Counted from the first letter of the stretch, positions 30,458 to 43,964 are shown. The stretch is DNA of 64,000 nt from an uncultured Trueperaceae bacterium (GCA_963799485.1 CAWCXJ010000007.1:1-64000), one strand, 5' to 3'. Notes: generated by a model not told the origin, from the letters alone. Made by a program: numbers and translations.

Positions 30458-32251
30458 ATGTGGAGGACTTTACGCACAGAACTTTTGCTGACCTCGTTCA
30501 GTTCGGTTACCGACGTGCAAGCCTTTAAGACAGGCCAAAAGGGTGTTGTCGCGCCCTTTGTGCTGGCTGCACTCCTGATCGTTCTCGGCGCGGTGCCGAA
30601 CTGGGGCGTTCACCTCGCGTTACCGCTTTCGGCGCTGACGGTAGCGGCGGCTATCTGGAGCGGTCGTCCGCGCACCCAAACAACGCTGCAGTGGCGCGCG
30701 TGGCGCTGGGCACTTTTAGGCAGCCTCTTCTGGGCCGGTGAAGAACTCGTCTGGGCGGCGGCGCGCCTCGTCTTCAAGACTGAACTGATCTTTTTGACCG
30801 ACCCGCTTTATCATCTGGGGGCCGCGTGCTGGTTTATCGCGCTCTTCCGGATGCCGCAGCGGGCGACGCCCCGCCTGAGTTTACTGGTCTCGCTGCCGGT
30901 ACTCGTCTTTGCGGTCTGGCTGCTTTTACAAAATGCGGGCCTGGCAGCTGTTTTACGGTTTCCAATGATAGACCTTGCGCTCCTGCTTTTTGCGCTCCCG
31001 GCTCTAGAGCAGGCCTTTTACGGCGACGTTCCCGAGGGTCGGCTACTCTGGTGGGCGGGATTGTTCGTCCGGGTGCTGGCCGGGGCGCTGTTCGTGTGGC
31101 TGGGCGATTATCCGTATATGCCGCAGCTTTTTTTCTTTCTCTGGGTTTTCGCCTACACCTTTATTGCGCTGGGCGCGTTCCTCGAGCTCAGCGGCGCAAG
31201 TGGCGGCTTGTGGTCGGTCGCCTACGGACTGCTGGGGCTCGAGGCAGTCGTCGGTGTTGTTCTGGGAATTAGTTTCGGGGCGCGCGCCGACGCCCCGACT
31301 ACGCTCGTGGCGCTTACCCTCCTGCTCGGCTACCTGCTTTTTACCGGCATCATGCTGCTCGTCGTCGCCGACCGGAACCGGCGGCTGCGCGCCGAAAGGG
31401 AGCTCAAACGGTGGTCGGCGCTGCTCGAGCAGCTCGTCGGGACTTCGTACAAACAGGCAGACTCACCCGAGGCCGCGCTGACAACCCTGTATGCGACGCT
31501 CAAGGCTTCGTTTCCCGACCTGTGCGGCATCTCGGCGCACAAAGGGCGCATTTTTCAGGTCGGTGAGGCCACCCCGTACACGCGCCCGCTTGTCACCGAG
31601 GGGACTGAAGTCGGTTGCCTGCACTTTTGCGCCTTGCCCAGCCACGCTGCCCCCACTCCCGGCGGCTCGCCCGCTGCCAAAGGTTTGGACGCGCTGCTGC
31701 CCCTTGTAGCCGTCCAAGTCGAACGCTCGCTTGCCCACGCGCAGCTGCACCTTCAGGCGTTGACCGACCCGCTGACGAATCTCGCCAACCGGCGCAGCTT
31801 TGCGCTGCATGGTGCGAGCTTCGCCGCCCTCGCCTATCGGCACGACAAACCGGTCGGCCTCGCCGTTTTGGACATCGATTTTTTCAAGCGGGTCAACGAC
31901 GCCTACGGGCATCCGGTCGGCGACGAGGTACTTAAAAACGTTGCCGAAATTTTGCGGCGCAATACCCGGAGCGAAGACCATGTGATGCGCTGGGGCGGTG
32001 AGGAGTTCGTTTTGCTGCTTTACGACGCGACGCTCATACAGCTGACCGAGGTCGTCGAGCGTATTCGGCTCGAGCTGAGTGAGACGCCCCTTGTCCCCAT
32101 CGCCTGGCCCCTGACGCTCTCCGCCGGGCTCGCAGGGGGCAGCGTGCCGGTCGGCGAAGAGAACCTGCATCACTGGCTTGAGGCCGCCGACCAGGCGCTC
32201 CTTAAAGCCAAACAAACGGGCCGCGACCGCGTCGAGGTTGCCGCGTCCTGA
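30458..32251 (+). CDS. Membrane-bound diguanylate cyclase (start may be GTG 30515)
   Basis: Multi-TM N-terminus, DPLTNLANRR, DIDFFKRVND, RSED I-site and RWGGEEF. Confidence 0.92.
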   Translation: MWRTLRTELLLTSFSSVTDVQAFKTGQKGVVAPFVLAALLIVLGAVPNWGVHLALPLSALTVAAAIWSGRPRTQTTLQWRAWRWALLGSLFWAGEELVWAAARLVFKTELIFLTDPLYHLGAACWFIALFRMPQRATPRLSLLVSLPVLVFAVWLLLQNAGLAAVLRFPMIDLALLLFALPALEQAFYGDVPEGRLLWWAGLFVRVLAGALFVWLGDYPYMPQLFFFLWVFAYTFIALGAFLELSGASGGLWSVAYGLLGLEAVVGVVLGISFGARADAPTTLVALTLLLGYLLFTGIMLLVVADRNRRLRAERELKRWSALLEQLVGTSYKQADSPEAALTTLYATLKASFPDLCGISAHKGRIFQVGEATPYTRPLVTEGTEVGCLHFCALPSHAAPTPGGSPAAKGLDALLPLVAVQVERSLAHAQLHLQALTDPLTNLANRRSFALHGASFAALAYRHDKPVGLAVLDIDFFKRVNDAYGHPVGDEVLKNVAEILRRNTRSEDHVMRWGGEEFVLLLYDATLIQLTEVVERIRLELSETPLVPIAWPLTLSAGLAGGSVPVGEENLHHWLEAADQALLKAKQTGRDRVEVAAS

Positions 32252-32296
32252 CACTTTTTTCTGCGTGGGTTTACTGCATGAAGTTACCGCGTGGGT

Positions 32297-32500
32297 TTAC
32301 TGCATGGGACGAAAAACACCGAGCAGAAAAACCATAATCCCCATCGCTAAAAGTGCGAATCCTACCAGGATGTAAACACCCGCATGGTTTTTGCCGGTGA
32401 TGAGGTCTTTGTTTCGCGCGCCGCTGCGAATCCCGTAGCCCAGAAAAATCAGGCTTAAAACCAGCATCGCCCCACCCACGAACATATCGAGTCCTGCCAT
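32297..32500 (-). CDS. Small two-TM membrane protein
   Basis: 67 aa with two hydrophobic helices; AGGGGG RBS. Confidence 0.7.
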   Translation of the reverse strand: MAGLDMFVGGAMLVLSLIFLGYGIRSGARNKDLITGKNHAGVYILVGFALLAMGIMVFLLGVFRPMQ

Positions 32501-32578
32501 CTTCCCCCCTTTGCCTACATAATAGACGTCAAAATTACCGAAACATGAGATGAGCTTCCGGGCTCCGGGGTTTCAGTG

Positions 32579-33991
32579 TCAGCCGCGCAGCGCGAGGCGG
32601 GCAAGCTCGAGGAGCACTTTGGGCGGCGTGCGGACAAGCTGCGTTTTTTGTGGCCTCTGCGCCGCCACCTCCAACCGCCGGAAAAGCTCGTCGAACACAG
32701 CGTCGGGCAGGTTGAGCGCCGGCGTCAGGCGCACGGTGCGGCTGGCGTTAAGCGTATAGCACGCATGAACTCCCGAGTAGTGCAGGGTTCTTAGGGCGAG
32801 CGCGCTGCCGAGCTGGGCGGTGAGTTCAGCGCCGAGCCCCAACCGGGTCAAAGGCGGCAACACTGCGCGGAGTTGAACGGCAAAGAGCATTCCCGCACCG
32901 CGCACCGCACCGAAAAAGTCCGGATAGGTGTTAGCGAGAGCCTCGAGCCTCATCAGTCCCCGTTGGCCCAGCACACGCGCGCGTTCAGTCAAGCCCTCGT
33001 CTTCGATCAGCTCAAGCGATTTAAGTCCGACTGCCATCGCCAGCGAACCGCCGCCGAAAGTGCTCGAGTGCCGTTTGCTGGCGAGCCCGCCGAGCATCTT
33101 TTGCATCACTTCTCGCCGGGCGATGGTTGCGCCGACGGGGACGAGGCCGCCGCCGAGCGGTTTGGCGAGGGTGAGAATATCGGGCTCCAAACCAAGCGCA
33201 ACACTGGCGAAGTCGTAACCACACCGTCCCAGACCACTTTGAATCTCGTCGGCAACGACTAAAAACCCGTATTTTTGAGCGAGTTCGATAATTTTGGGCA
33301 AAAACTCGGGCGGCGGGGTGATGACGCCGCCTTCGCCTTGAATGGGTTCGACGACAACCGCGCCCACTGCCTTACCATGTCGGGCAAGCGCGTCGGTGAG
33401 CGCCTGCGCGTCGCCGTAAGGGAGCGTCAGCACATCATCCAGCAGAGGCCGAAAGAGCTCCTGATACTCTTCATTAGGCGTTAAGGACAGTGCGCCGAAC
33501 GTCTTACCGTGATAGCCGCGCGTAAAGTTGATGATTTTGGGCGCTTTGGGCCGGGCAGCCCGGACGAGTTTGAGCGCCGTCTCGATGGCCTCTGCGCCAC
33601 TGTTCGAGAAAAACACCTGCGAGTCGTAGTGGCTCGGCGCGTGCCTGGCGAGCAGCGCGACGAGGTTGGTTGCGAGCGCCGCCCGCCACGCCGAGGCCGA
33701 CTGTTGCGGCAGGCCCATCCCCCGGTTTTCACGAAAGTAGCGCTGCACAAACGTTACGAGCGGCGGGTACAACTCGCCAAAGGGCAGCGCCGCGTAACCA
33801 CCTGCGTTAATCAGGTGGCGACCGTCCGGAGCGCGCAACTCCCACGGGCTCAGCACTTCAAACGGCCCGGCAATCCCTAACGCGCCCAAAACGCGGATCA
33901 GGTCGGCGTTGCCGTGCCGGGTCTCGAGCCCCCGCACCCCACCCGCCGGGAGCGACCCGAATAGTTCGTCGGTACGAATCGGTAAGCTCAT
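32579..33991 (-). CDS. Class III PLP-dependent aminotransferase
   Basis: NSGAEA, YHGKT, EPIQGEGG, DEIQSGLGR and AKPLGGG motifs. Confidence 0.92.
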   Translation of the reverse strand: MSLPIRTDELFGSLPAGGVRGLETRHGNADLIRVLGALGIAGPFEVLSPWELRAPDGRHLINAGGYAALPFGELYPPLVTFVQRYFRENRGMGLPQQSASAWRAALATNLVALLARHAPSHYDSQVFFSNSGAEAIETALKLVRAARPKAPKIINFTRGYHGKTFGALSLTPNEEYQELFRPLLDDVLTLPYGDAQALTDALARHGKAVGAVVVEPIQGEGGVITPPPEFLPKIIELAQKYGFLVVADEIQSGLGRCGYDFASVALGLEPDILTLAKPLGGGLVPVGATIARREVMQKMLGGLASKRHSSTFGGGSLAMAVGLKSLELIEDEGLTERARVLGQRGLMRLEALANTYPDFFGAVRGAGMLFAVQLRAVLPPLTRLGLGAELTAQLGSALALRTLHYSGVHACYTLNASRTVRLTPALNLPDAVFDELFRRLEVAAQRPQKTQLVRTPPKVLLELARLALRG

Positions 33992-34015
33992 CGGTAGGTC
34001 AAGGGGCGCAGCACC

Positions 34016-34627
34016 TTAAGGGCGAAACACCGTAACGTTACCCGCCTGGTCGGTCACGGTGATTTCGACGTCGCCTGTGACCTCGAAGGTAAAAGGCACC
34101 TGCGCTGCCGGAGCAAACGAGTAGACCGTCTCCCCCGCCGCAATCTTGCTTACCAGGTCGTTATCCTGGGCCGTTCCCGAAACGCGGGTACGCCCAGCGC
34201 CCAAACTCTCGACGCCGCTCAGCGTGACCGTCGGCGGAGTCCCGTCGATCTCCAGAGGGAAAGTCAGCGCCGTCGCCCGTCCGTCTACGTCGGTGACTAG
34301 AATTTCCGAACGCCACAGACCTTCACGCACCTGACGCGGGCGAAAGCCGAAATTGATGAGTTTTTTGCCGCGCTCTCCCGAGTATCCGGGCGCGTCTAGA
34401 ATTTCGGTATCATCGACCCGGATACTCGCTACGCCCACATCGTCCATCGCGTAACCGACGATTTGCAGGTCGCTTTCAGCCCGAACGGAGGTGCCCTGCG
34501 GTTCGGTAATCGTTACGACCGGGGCGAGTGCGTCGCCGCGTCCGGCGCAACCTGCGAGCGCCGCCAGCAGCGGCACAACCACTGTCAGCGGTAAGCGTTT
34601 CAATTGCCGTAAACATGTGCGTTTCAC
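34016..34627 (-). CDS. Lipoprotein with Ig-like (Big) folds
   Basis: Lipobox LAGC; G.A.D..GV and VTDQAGN beta-sandwich motifs. Confidence 0.7.
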   Translation of the reverse strand: MKRTCLRQLKRLPLTVVVPLLAALAGCAGRGDALAPVVTITEPQGTSVRAESDLQIVGYAMDDVGVASIRVDDTEILDAPGYSGERGKKLINFGFRPRQVREGLWRSEILVTDVDGRATALTFPLEIDGTPPTVTLSGVESLGAGRTRVSGTAQDNDLVSKIAAGETVYSFAPAAQVPFTFEVTGDVEITVTDQAGNVTVFRP

Positions 34628-34947
34628 TCTGCCAGTCTACGCTACTACCGGACTTTGCTTATAGGGCTTTGTTGAACAAAGTAGCTGCGCCCCCGGACTT
34701 TCACATCGAAACCGCCCTGCCGGATTCTCGAGCGTTAGCAAAGATTTGCCAGACACTCACTTTAGAGCCGACAATTTTGTTAAACTACACGCAACAGTTT
34801 TCAGGTGCATTTAAGCACCGACTTCAGGAGGGAGAGCCGTTGTCATAGGCGTAGCAGCGACAGCTGTAAAGCCAAGCTGGGCTTGGTGCAACCATTTTCT
34901 CGTAACGCCGACCAAAAAACTCGAGACGAAAAGATCAAGGAGTTTAG

Positions 34948-36712
34948 ATGAAAAAAATGTTACTACTCCTAGCCCCCCTCGGGCTAAGTGCAGCGCTCGC
35001 CCAAAGCGCCCAAGACACCTACATCGAACAGGGCATCGGTGAGGTCGATACGCTCGACCCGGTGCAGGCCTATGACACTTCTTCAGGCCAGATTATCGAG
35101 AACGTTTACGAAAAGCTTTACGGTTACCAAGGTGAAAGCGTCACCGAGTATGAGCCGGTGCTCGCCACCGGCTACCAGGTTTCAGACGACAACCTTACCT
35201 ACACCTTTGACCTGCGCGAAGGTGTGACCTTTCATAGCGGCAACGCTTTTTCATGTAAAGACGTCGAGTATTCATACGAACGCGCGCTAGTCGTCAACCC
35301 CCCCGACTCCGGCGCGTGGATTCTGATGGAGCCCTTGACGGGCTACTACTCGGACGCCAACACCGAACTCGGCGAAGGTGCCACCGATCAGCAGTACGCC
35401 GACTTTTTTGCCACGATAGACAACAGCGTCGAATGTCCCGACGGCCCCGACGGGCTTACCGTACAGTTCAACTTGGCACAGGCCGACCCGACCTTCTTCC
35501 CGAAAACGCTCTTTTCTGCTGCGTCTATCGTAGACAAAGCGTGGGCGGTAGAGAACGGTATGTGGGACGGCACCGAAGCCACCTGGCGCGACTGGATCGG
35601 CGTCGATTTACGCGAATCGTACCTGCAGAGCAATATGAGCGGCACCGGCCCCTACCAACTCGTAAACTGGAATGTGGGCACCAGCGTGATCGCCGAAGCG
35701 TATCCGGACTACTGGGGTGAAGCGCCTGCTATTAAAAACGTTCAGATTCAGCTTGTCGAGGACGCCGCGCCGCGCATTTTAGCGTTGCAACAGGGCGACG
35801 CCGACAGCGTTTACCTCGAGCGCTCCGCTTTGGGACAAGTTGAGGGGCAATCAGGTATCACCGTCGAAGATGCCGCTACCGATCCGAGCCTTGATTGGAG
35901 TTCAGTCAACGTAGGCGCGATCTTTCTAAACGAAGCTGTTGAGCCCAATAATAACCCCAACATCGGTTCGGGTCAGCTCGACGGTCAGGGCATCCCCTCC
36001 GGACTTCTTTACCGACGTAAACGTGCGTAAGTGCTTTAACTACTCGTTCGACCCGCAAGCGTATATCGATCAGCTGCTTCAGGGCCAAGGTCAGCAGATT
36101 ACCATGGCGTTGCCGCCCTCGTACCTCGGTTACGACCCTGAAATCCCGACCTACAACTACGACCCCGGTGCTGCCGAGGAAGCTTGCCGCGCGGCCTGGG
36201 ACGGTCAGGTTTGGGAAAACGGTTTTGAAATGACGCTCGCTTACAATACCGGTAACGACGTGCGTCAAGCAGCTTTGCAAATCCTCAAAGCAAACCTCGA
36301 GTTCTTGAACCCGAAGTTCCGTATCAACGTGCGCGGTATCGCGTGGCCCGACTTTTTAGACCAGCGCGGTCAGAACCTCTTACCCGTCTCGGCCATTTCT
36401 TGGGTTCCTGATTACGCCGACCCCGACAACTACATCCACACGTTCTACGCCGAGGGTGGTTACTACGCCGATCAGTCGAGCTTCTCCGACCCGCAGATCA
36501 ACGAGTGGGATCAGCAAGCGCGGACTTCTTTCGATGAAGAAGAGCGCGCCAGACTCTACGGTCAGATCGGTCAACGCGCCTATGAGCTTGCACCTTATGT
36601 GCTTACCCCTATGGGCGTTCCTTTCATTGTTCGCCGCAGCAACTTGCAAGGCACCTACTACAATCCCATGCTAAGTGGTACTTACCTCTGGAAAAACCTC
36701 TCCAAGAACTAA
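34948..36712 (+). CDS. Peptide ABC transporter substrate-binding protein (family 5); frameshift ~35995
   Basis: TLDP..AYD, LREGVTFHSG, GTGPY, and WVPDYADPDNY in the second frame. Confidence 0.9.
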
Positions 36713-36721
36713 AAGTGCTGT

Positions 36722-36751
36722 AGGGGAAGGGTCTAGCCCTTCCCCTTTTTT
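36722..36751 (+). terminator. Intercistronic hairpin or terminator after the SBP gene
   Basis: AGGGGAAGGG/CCCTTCCCCT followed by a T-run. Confidence 0.7.
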
Positions 36752-36766
36752 GTAAGGAGGGGTCAC

Positions 36767-37789
36767 GTGTTTGCTTTTGTCGTTCGGCGCATTCTGTTTT
36801 TGCCGGTCATCTTTATCGGTGTCACACTCTTTATCGTTTTACTTATGCAACTTCTCAGCCCCTACGAGCGCGCTGTTACCTTCGTTACCTCAGAGGTGCA
36901 GCTCCGCAATATCGACGCCATCATCGAGCAGTACGGCCTTAACGATCCCTGGTACGTGCAGTACTGGAACTGGCTGTCTCAGGCTTTGCAGGGTAACTTG
37001 GGTTTTTCTCGAGTCACCAATCAGCCCGTTTTGACAACTATCGCGCAGCGGCTACCCAACACTATCGAGCTGGCTGTCTTGACACTGATTCCGACCATCG
37101 GCTTTGGAATTTGGCTCGGCACCGCCGCCGCCCTAAACCGTGACCGTTTTATCGATCAGGTGTCGCGTGTCACGTCCATCTTTTTCTGGTCGTTGCCGAC
37201 GTTCGTATTAGCCATCTGGTTACTTATCATCTTTTACGGCGGCTTTAACCTGTTTGGTTTGGGTCAGTTGTCTTCAAATTTTGCGCGGGCGGTGATCAGG
37301 CCCGAGTTCGAGCGCTACACCGGTTTTATGACGCTGGACGCACTCCTCAACGGTCGTTTTGACATTTTCTGGAACGCGCTGATGCACCTCGTGTTGCCGG
37401 TATCTACGCTCGTTTTGGTGATCAGCGCGCAGATTGTGCGGGTGATGCGCTCGTCGCTTTTGGATACGCTATCACAAGACTATGTGCGGACGGCGCGGGC
37501 CAAGGGGCTGTCGAACTCGGTGGTCAACCACAAGCACGCGCGGCGAAACGCGCTCATTCCGGTTCTTACCCTTTCCGGTTTTACTTTGGTCGGACTCCTT
37601 AACGGTTCGGTGATTGTCGAGACGATTTTCGCGCTGCCCGGCGTCGGTAAATGGCTTGCAGACGCCGCTGTGCAGCTCGACTACGCAGCCGTACTGGGGG
37701 GCGCGGTTTTTGTAGGCCTTCTGGTTGTCATCGGCAACCTTATCGTCGACATTCTCTACGCGGTCGTAGACCCAAGGATACGGTACTGA
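36767..37789 (+). CDS. Peptide ABC permease (DppB/OppB-like)
   Basis: GNLGFS, DYVRTARAKGL and ETIFALPGVG motifs. Confidence 0.93.
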   Translation: MFAFVVRRILFLPVIFIGVTLFIVLLMQLLSPYERAVTFVTSEVQLRNIDAIIEQYGLNDPWYVQYWNWLSQALQGNLGFSRVTNQPVLTTIAQRLPNTIELAVLTLIPTIGFGIWLGTAAALNRDRFIDQVSRVTSIFFWSLPTFVLAIWLLIIFYGGFNLFGLGQLSSNFARAVIRPEFERYTGFMTLDALLNGRFDIFWNALMHLVLPVSTLVLVISAQIVRVMRSSLLDTLSQDYVRTARAKGLSNSVVNHKHARRNALIPVLTLSGFTLVGLLNGSVIVETIFALPGVGKWLADAAVQLDYAAVLGGAVFVGLLVVIGNLIVDILYAVVDPRIRY

Positions 37790-38847
37790 TGGACAGCACC
37801 CAACCCGGCGCAGGCGGAATGAACGCCGAAGACGAGGTGATGCTCCAAAAGGCGGCCTCGAGCAACTGGTGGAAGTCAAAAACGATGAAACGTTTTCGGC
37901 GCAACCCGCTTGCGGTCGTCGGTGCGCTGCTTTTGATTTCTTTTGTAGTTATTGCCCTTTTTGCTGCGCCACTTACCTCATATCAGCTTATCAACACCCG
38001 CAACACCTGTGTGCGCGACCTCGGTTTGTCGGCCTCTACGGTTACAGACGTTCGTAACCCACTCAAGGCAGTTTTTTGGCGCGCCGTCGTGCTGCCACCT
38101 AGCGCCTGCTTCGATATTCCCCGCGTGTCTTACTCCCCTATTCCGACGCCTGCCTCGGAAGGAACTTTTCTAGGCACCACAGGCGGCGGTTACGATATCT
38201 ACTACGGCCTTATCTGGGGTGCGCGCTCGGCCTTTTATGCGGGCGTTATCGTCACCGGGTTCAGCGTTCTCGTAGGCATCATCGTCGGCAGCATCTCCGG
38301 GTTTTTCGGAGGTTGGATAGACAATATATTGATGCGGCTTGTTGACATTATCTTTGCCATTCCGGGCCTCGTCCTCGCTATCGTTATCGTCGCCATTTTA
38401 GGTCAAGGCCTGACCAATGTCATCCTCGCCCTCTCCATCTTCGGCTGGGCAACCTATGCCCGCTTGCTGCGTGGCGACGTAATGCAACTTAAAGAACGTG
38501 AGTTTATAGATGGTGCGCGCGCGCTCGGTGCGGGAAACAGCCGACTGATCTTTCGTCATATCCTGCCCAACTCTATAGGCCCGCTGCTGATTATTGCAAG
38601 TTTGGATATCGGCTCGGTCGTTCTTTCGGTTGCCGCACTGAGTTTTTTAGGGCTCGGCGCGCCCGTTGGGTACGCCGACTGGGGCCAGATGATCAACTTC
38701 GCGCGTGGTTGGCTCCAGGGGCCGCCCGGACAACCCTTTGCCTACTGGTATGTGTCGTTCTGGCCGGGGCTGATTATCGTCTTGTTCGTTCTCGGTTGGA
38801 ACCTTTTGGGTGACGCTGTGCGGGACGTTCTCGACGTTCGCAGCTAG
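37789..38847 (+). CDS. Peptide ABC permease (DppC/OppC-like)
   Basis: EFIDGARALGA, HILPN, LSFLGLG and NLLGDAVRD motifs; TGATG overlap with the upstream gene. Confidence 0.93.
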   Translation: MDSTQPGAGGMNAEDEVMLQKAASSNWWKSKTMKRFRRNPLAVVGALLLISFVVIALFAAPLTSYQLINTRNTCVRDLGLSASTVTDVRNPLKAVFWRAVVLPPSACFDIPRVSYSPIPTPASEGTFLGTTGGGYDIYYGLIWGARSAFYAGVIVTGFSVLVGIIVGSISGFFGGWIDNILMRLVDIIFAIPGLVLAIVIVAILGQGLTNVILALSIFGWATYARLLRGDVMQLKEREFIDGARALGAGNSRLIFRHILPNSIGPLLIIASLDIGSVVLSVAALSFLGLGAPVGYADWGQMINFARGWLQGPPGQPFAYWYVSFWPGLIIVLFVLGWNLLGDAVRDVLDVRS

Positions 38848-38850
38848 GCT

Positions 38851-39438
38851 CTAACGTAGTTCAAACGTTGCCGCGTTCTTCCGGTTGAGTGACTCTTCCG
38901 GGGGAGCGCGGTTTAATTTGAGAATAAACGCGGTCAGCGCGTAGCTCTGCTCATCGTTCAGCGTCCCCGGTGCGTGCCGCGGCATCGCTGCACGGATGAA
39001 AGCCTGTAGCGCTGCTGCATTCTGGAACGCCTCGCGTGCATTCTTGCCCTGTAGCGGCGGCGCAACCCCGATAGAAAACGCGTTTCCTCTGACCGACCGA
39101 CCCCCGACCGACTCGAAGCTACGGTTACCCATCTGTGCTTGCAGTTTGGGATTACCTGGTTTATGACAGCTCTCACAGCGGCGGTGATCTTCGGGAAACG
39201 CAAGGCGGGCCTCGTCCAAACCCCCGCCAGTGTCACCATGGCAGACCGCACAGCGCAGCGCAAAAATCTGCTCGCCCCTGAAGACCTGATGTGTGGCCTG
39301 GGCTGACGCGTCGTCTACTCGAGGTTTTGCAGAGGTGTCCGAAACAGACGTCCCGATAAAAAGACCTGTCGAGCTAAAGGCTAGCAGCGTAAAAACCAAA
39401 CTCCGCATCCAGACGAGTTTACCAGCTCGAGACTTCAA
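38851..39438 (-). CDS. c-type cytochrome with two CxxCH motifs
   Basis: Signal/TM segment, CAVCH, CESCH and a distal AMP motif. Confidence 0.82.
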   Translation of the reverse strand: MKSRAGKLVWMRSLVFTLLAFSSTGLFIGTSVSDTSAKPRVDDASAQATHQVFRGEQIFALRCAVCHGDTGGGLDEARLAFPEDHRRCESCHKPGNPKLQAQMGNRSFESVGGRSVRGNAFSIGVAPPLQGKNAREAFQNAAALQAFIRAAMPRHAPGTLNDEQSYALTAFILKLNRAPPEESLNRKNAATFELR

Positions 39439-39602
39439 CCCGCCCTGTACCGTCTCCAGCGAGCGCTACCCACGCGCAGCTCGGCAGGTTCACCGCTCTC
39501 AATCTGTAAGGTCGCGTAGGCGATTTCAAAGCGGTTGTAAAGCCCCGACGTGCGGAAGAGTTCGGCAGGTGAGGCGGTAATTTCTTCGCTGAGGCCGGTT
39601 GT

Positions 39603-39646
39603 CGTTGTCATACCGTTGTCATACCGTTGTCATACCGTTGTCATAT
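39603..39646. repeat. 11-bp tandem repeat (CGTTGTCATAC)x4
   Basis: Copies at 39603, 39614, 39625 and 39636 (the last ends in T). Confidence 0.95.
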
Positions 39647-39717
39647 CTGAACATATGCAGATACAAGACTATGGAGGGTCGGATGGCCTAGCCGTCAAAC
39701 GGTGTTGAGTTACGAGA

Positions 39718-39750
39718 AAGCCGCACCCGGCTCGAGTCCGGGTGCGGCTT
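39718..39750 (-). terminator. Terminator hairpin after acnA
   Basis: AAGCCGCACCCGG/CCGGGTGCGGCTT. Confidence 0.75.
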
Positions 39751-39789
39751 CTTACTAAACCTTTTGTTAGACTTTTACTTGTTGGACTT

Positions 39790-42518
<2,729 letters not shown>

Positions 42519-42594
42519 GTGTCCTCCTTGATAGGTAGTCTATCGTAGCCGATGTTGTCGCCGAAAACCTTTGTGTACGGAACGTTTGGGCGCG

Positions 42595-43278
42595 TTACAA
42601 AGGTGTAGCCCCACCGTAAATGAAAAAGGTTTCAGTTTGAGTTACGTTACTCTGCCACCCCAACGCTGCTAGAGCCGCCATCAACCGCTCCGGTTCGTAA
42701 AACACTTTGACAATTTCAAACGTTCTGCCGTCGTCCAAACGCCGCCTTACGGTTGTAGCGTCCGGGCCGCTCGGCACCTGGTCTCTGGCGGTTCCTTCAG
42801 GGGCAGGGCGCGAGTCGATAAAAAACACCCGTCCGCCGGGGTTGAGGCACACTTTTACGCCTTCCCAAAACCCGCCAAACCGCTCCGGCGGCACGTGCGA
42901 AAGCCAGAACGAAAAGAACACCGTGTCGAAGCGTCGTTCCGGTTGCCAGTCGAACAGGTCGGCCTGGACATAGTTTATTCCTGCCGACGGGAGCCGCGCC
43001 CGGTTCAACTCGAGCACTTCCGGCGACGCATCTACGGCGGTCAAAGAGTCGCCATAACGCGCCAACTGCTCCGTCCACCACCCCGTCCCGCACGCGAGTT
43101 CCAACACGTCGCCGCGTGGGGCAAAGGTCTCGAGCGCACCCGCCAGCACCTCAACCTCGGCAAACCACTTTTTACGGTGCGCCTCTCCCCGGTCATACCG
43201 CCCCTGCCGTAAAAACCAGGCGTCGTATTCGGACGCCCTCGCCCGGTAATACGCCCTCTGCGACGCCAACAAATCCAT
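42595..43278 (-). CDS. Class I SAM-dependent methyltransferase
   Basis: VLELACGTG, AVDAS, FWLSHVP and LNPGG motifs. Confidence 0.9.
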   Translation of the reverse strand: MDLLASQRAYYRARASEYDAWFLRQGRYDRGEAHRKKWFAEVEVLAGALETFAPRGDVLELACGTGWWTEQLARYGDSLTAVDASPEVLELNRARLPSAGINYVQADLFDWQPERRFDTVFFSFWLSHVPPERFGGFWEGVKVCLNPGGRVFFIDSRPAPEGTARDQVPSGPDATTVRRRLDDGRTFEIVKVFYEPERLMAALAALGWQSNVTQTETFFIYGGATPL

Positions 43279-43319
43279 GTGCGCCTCCTAAACTTCAGTG
43301 TGACGGTAAGCTGCGTGAT

Positions 43320-43964
43320 ATGGAAAACCAAAAATCACCCAGCCTGACCGTAACCGACCCGGACGCAGCAGCGGCCCTCACGAATCCGAAGACTTTACGG
43401 CAGCTCAAGCCTTTCTTAAACCGGGAACGCACCGTGTTGGAGGCCGCGCAAGAAACCGGGGTTAAACCTAATACGATGCTGGCCCGGGTCCGCAAGTTTA
43501 CGGCGTTGGGGCTTTTGATGGTGACCCGCGAGGTGCCGCGTGCCGGACGCGCCGTCAAAGTCTACCGGAGCCGCGCCGAAAGTTTTTTTGTGCCGTATGA
43601 GGTGACGCCATCCGAGACGTTGGGAGCCGCGATGCAGGAGCGCGAACGCTACTGGGAAGAGCTTTTACGGCAGAACGTCGTGCGGGTGCGGGGTGAAGAT
43701 GTCGGCTCATGGGGCACGCGCATCTACCGCGATGTGCGCGGTCGGTTGCAGGTGCAGGCCGCCGTTACACCCGAGCAAAATTACACACTTTTAGCGCCCG
43801 AACGCCCCGCCGCCCTGTCCGCTTGGCGCGACGCGGTGTATCTGGACTTCGACGACGCGAAGACCTTGCAGCGAGAGATGTTTGCGCTTTTGAAAAAGTA
43901 TCAGCAGAAGGCGGGGGCGCAGCGTTATATCTTGCATTTGGGCTTAGCCCCTATTCGGACGTAG
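43320..43964 (+). CDS. Winged-helix (ArsR-like) DNA-binding protein
   Basis: TVLEAAQETGVKPNTMLARVRKFTALGLL..GRAVKVY. Confidence 0.7.
   Translation: MENQKSPSLTVTDPDAAAALTNPKTLRQLKPFLNRERTVLEAAQETGVKPNTMLARVRKFTALGLLMVTREVPRAGRAVKVYRSRAESFFVPYEVTPSETLGAAMQERERYWEELLRQNVVRVRGEDVGSWGTRIYRDVRGRLQVQAAVTPEQNYTLLAPERPAALSAWRDAVYLDFDDAKTLQREMFALLKKYQQKAGAQRYILHLGLAPIRT

Noticed and set aside
39603..39646. Tandem repeat as a CRISPR array or iteron origin
   Set aside because: The 11-bp units have no spacers, and there is no cas or rep gene nearby.
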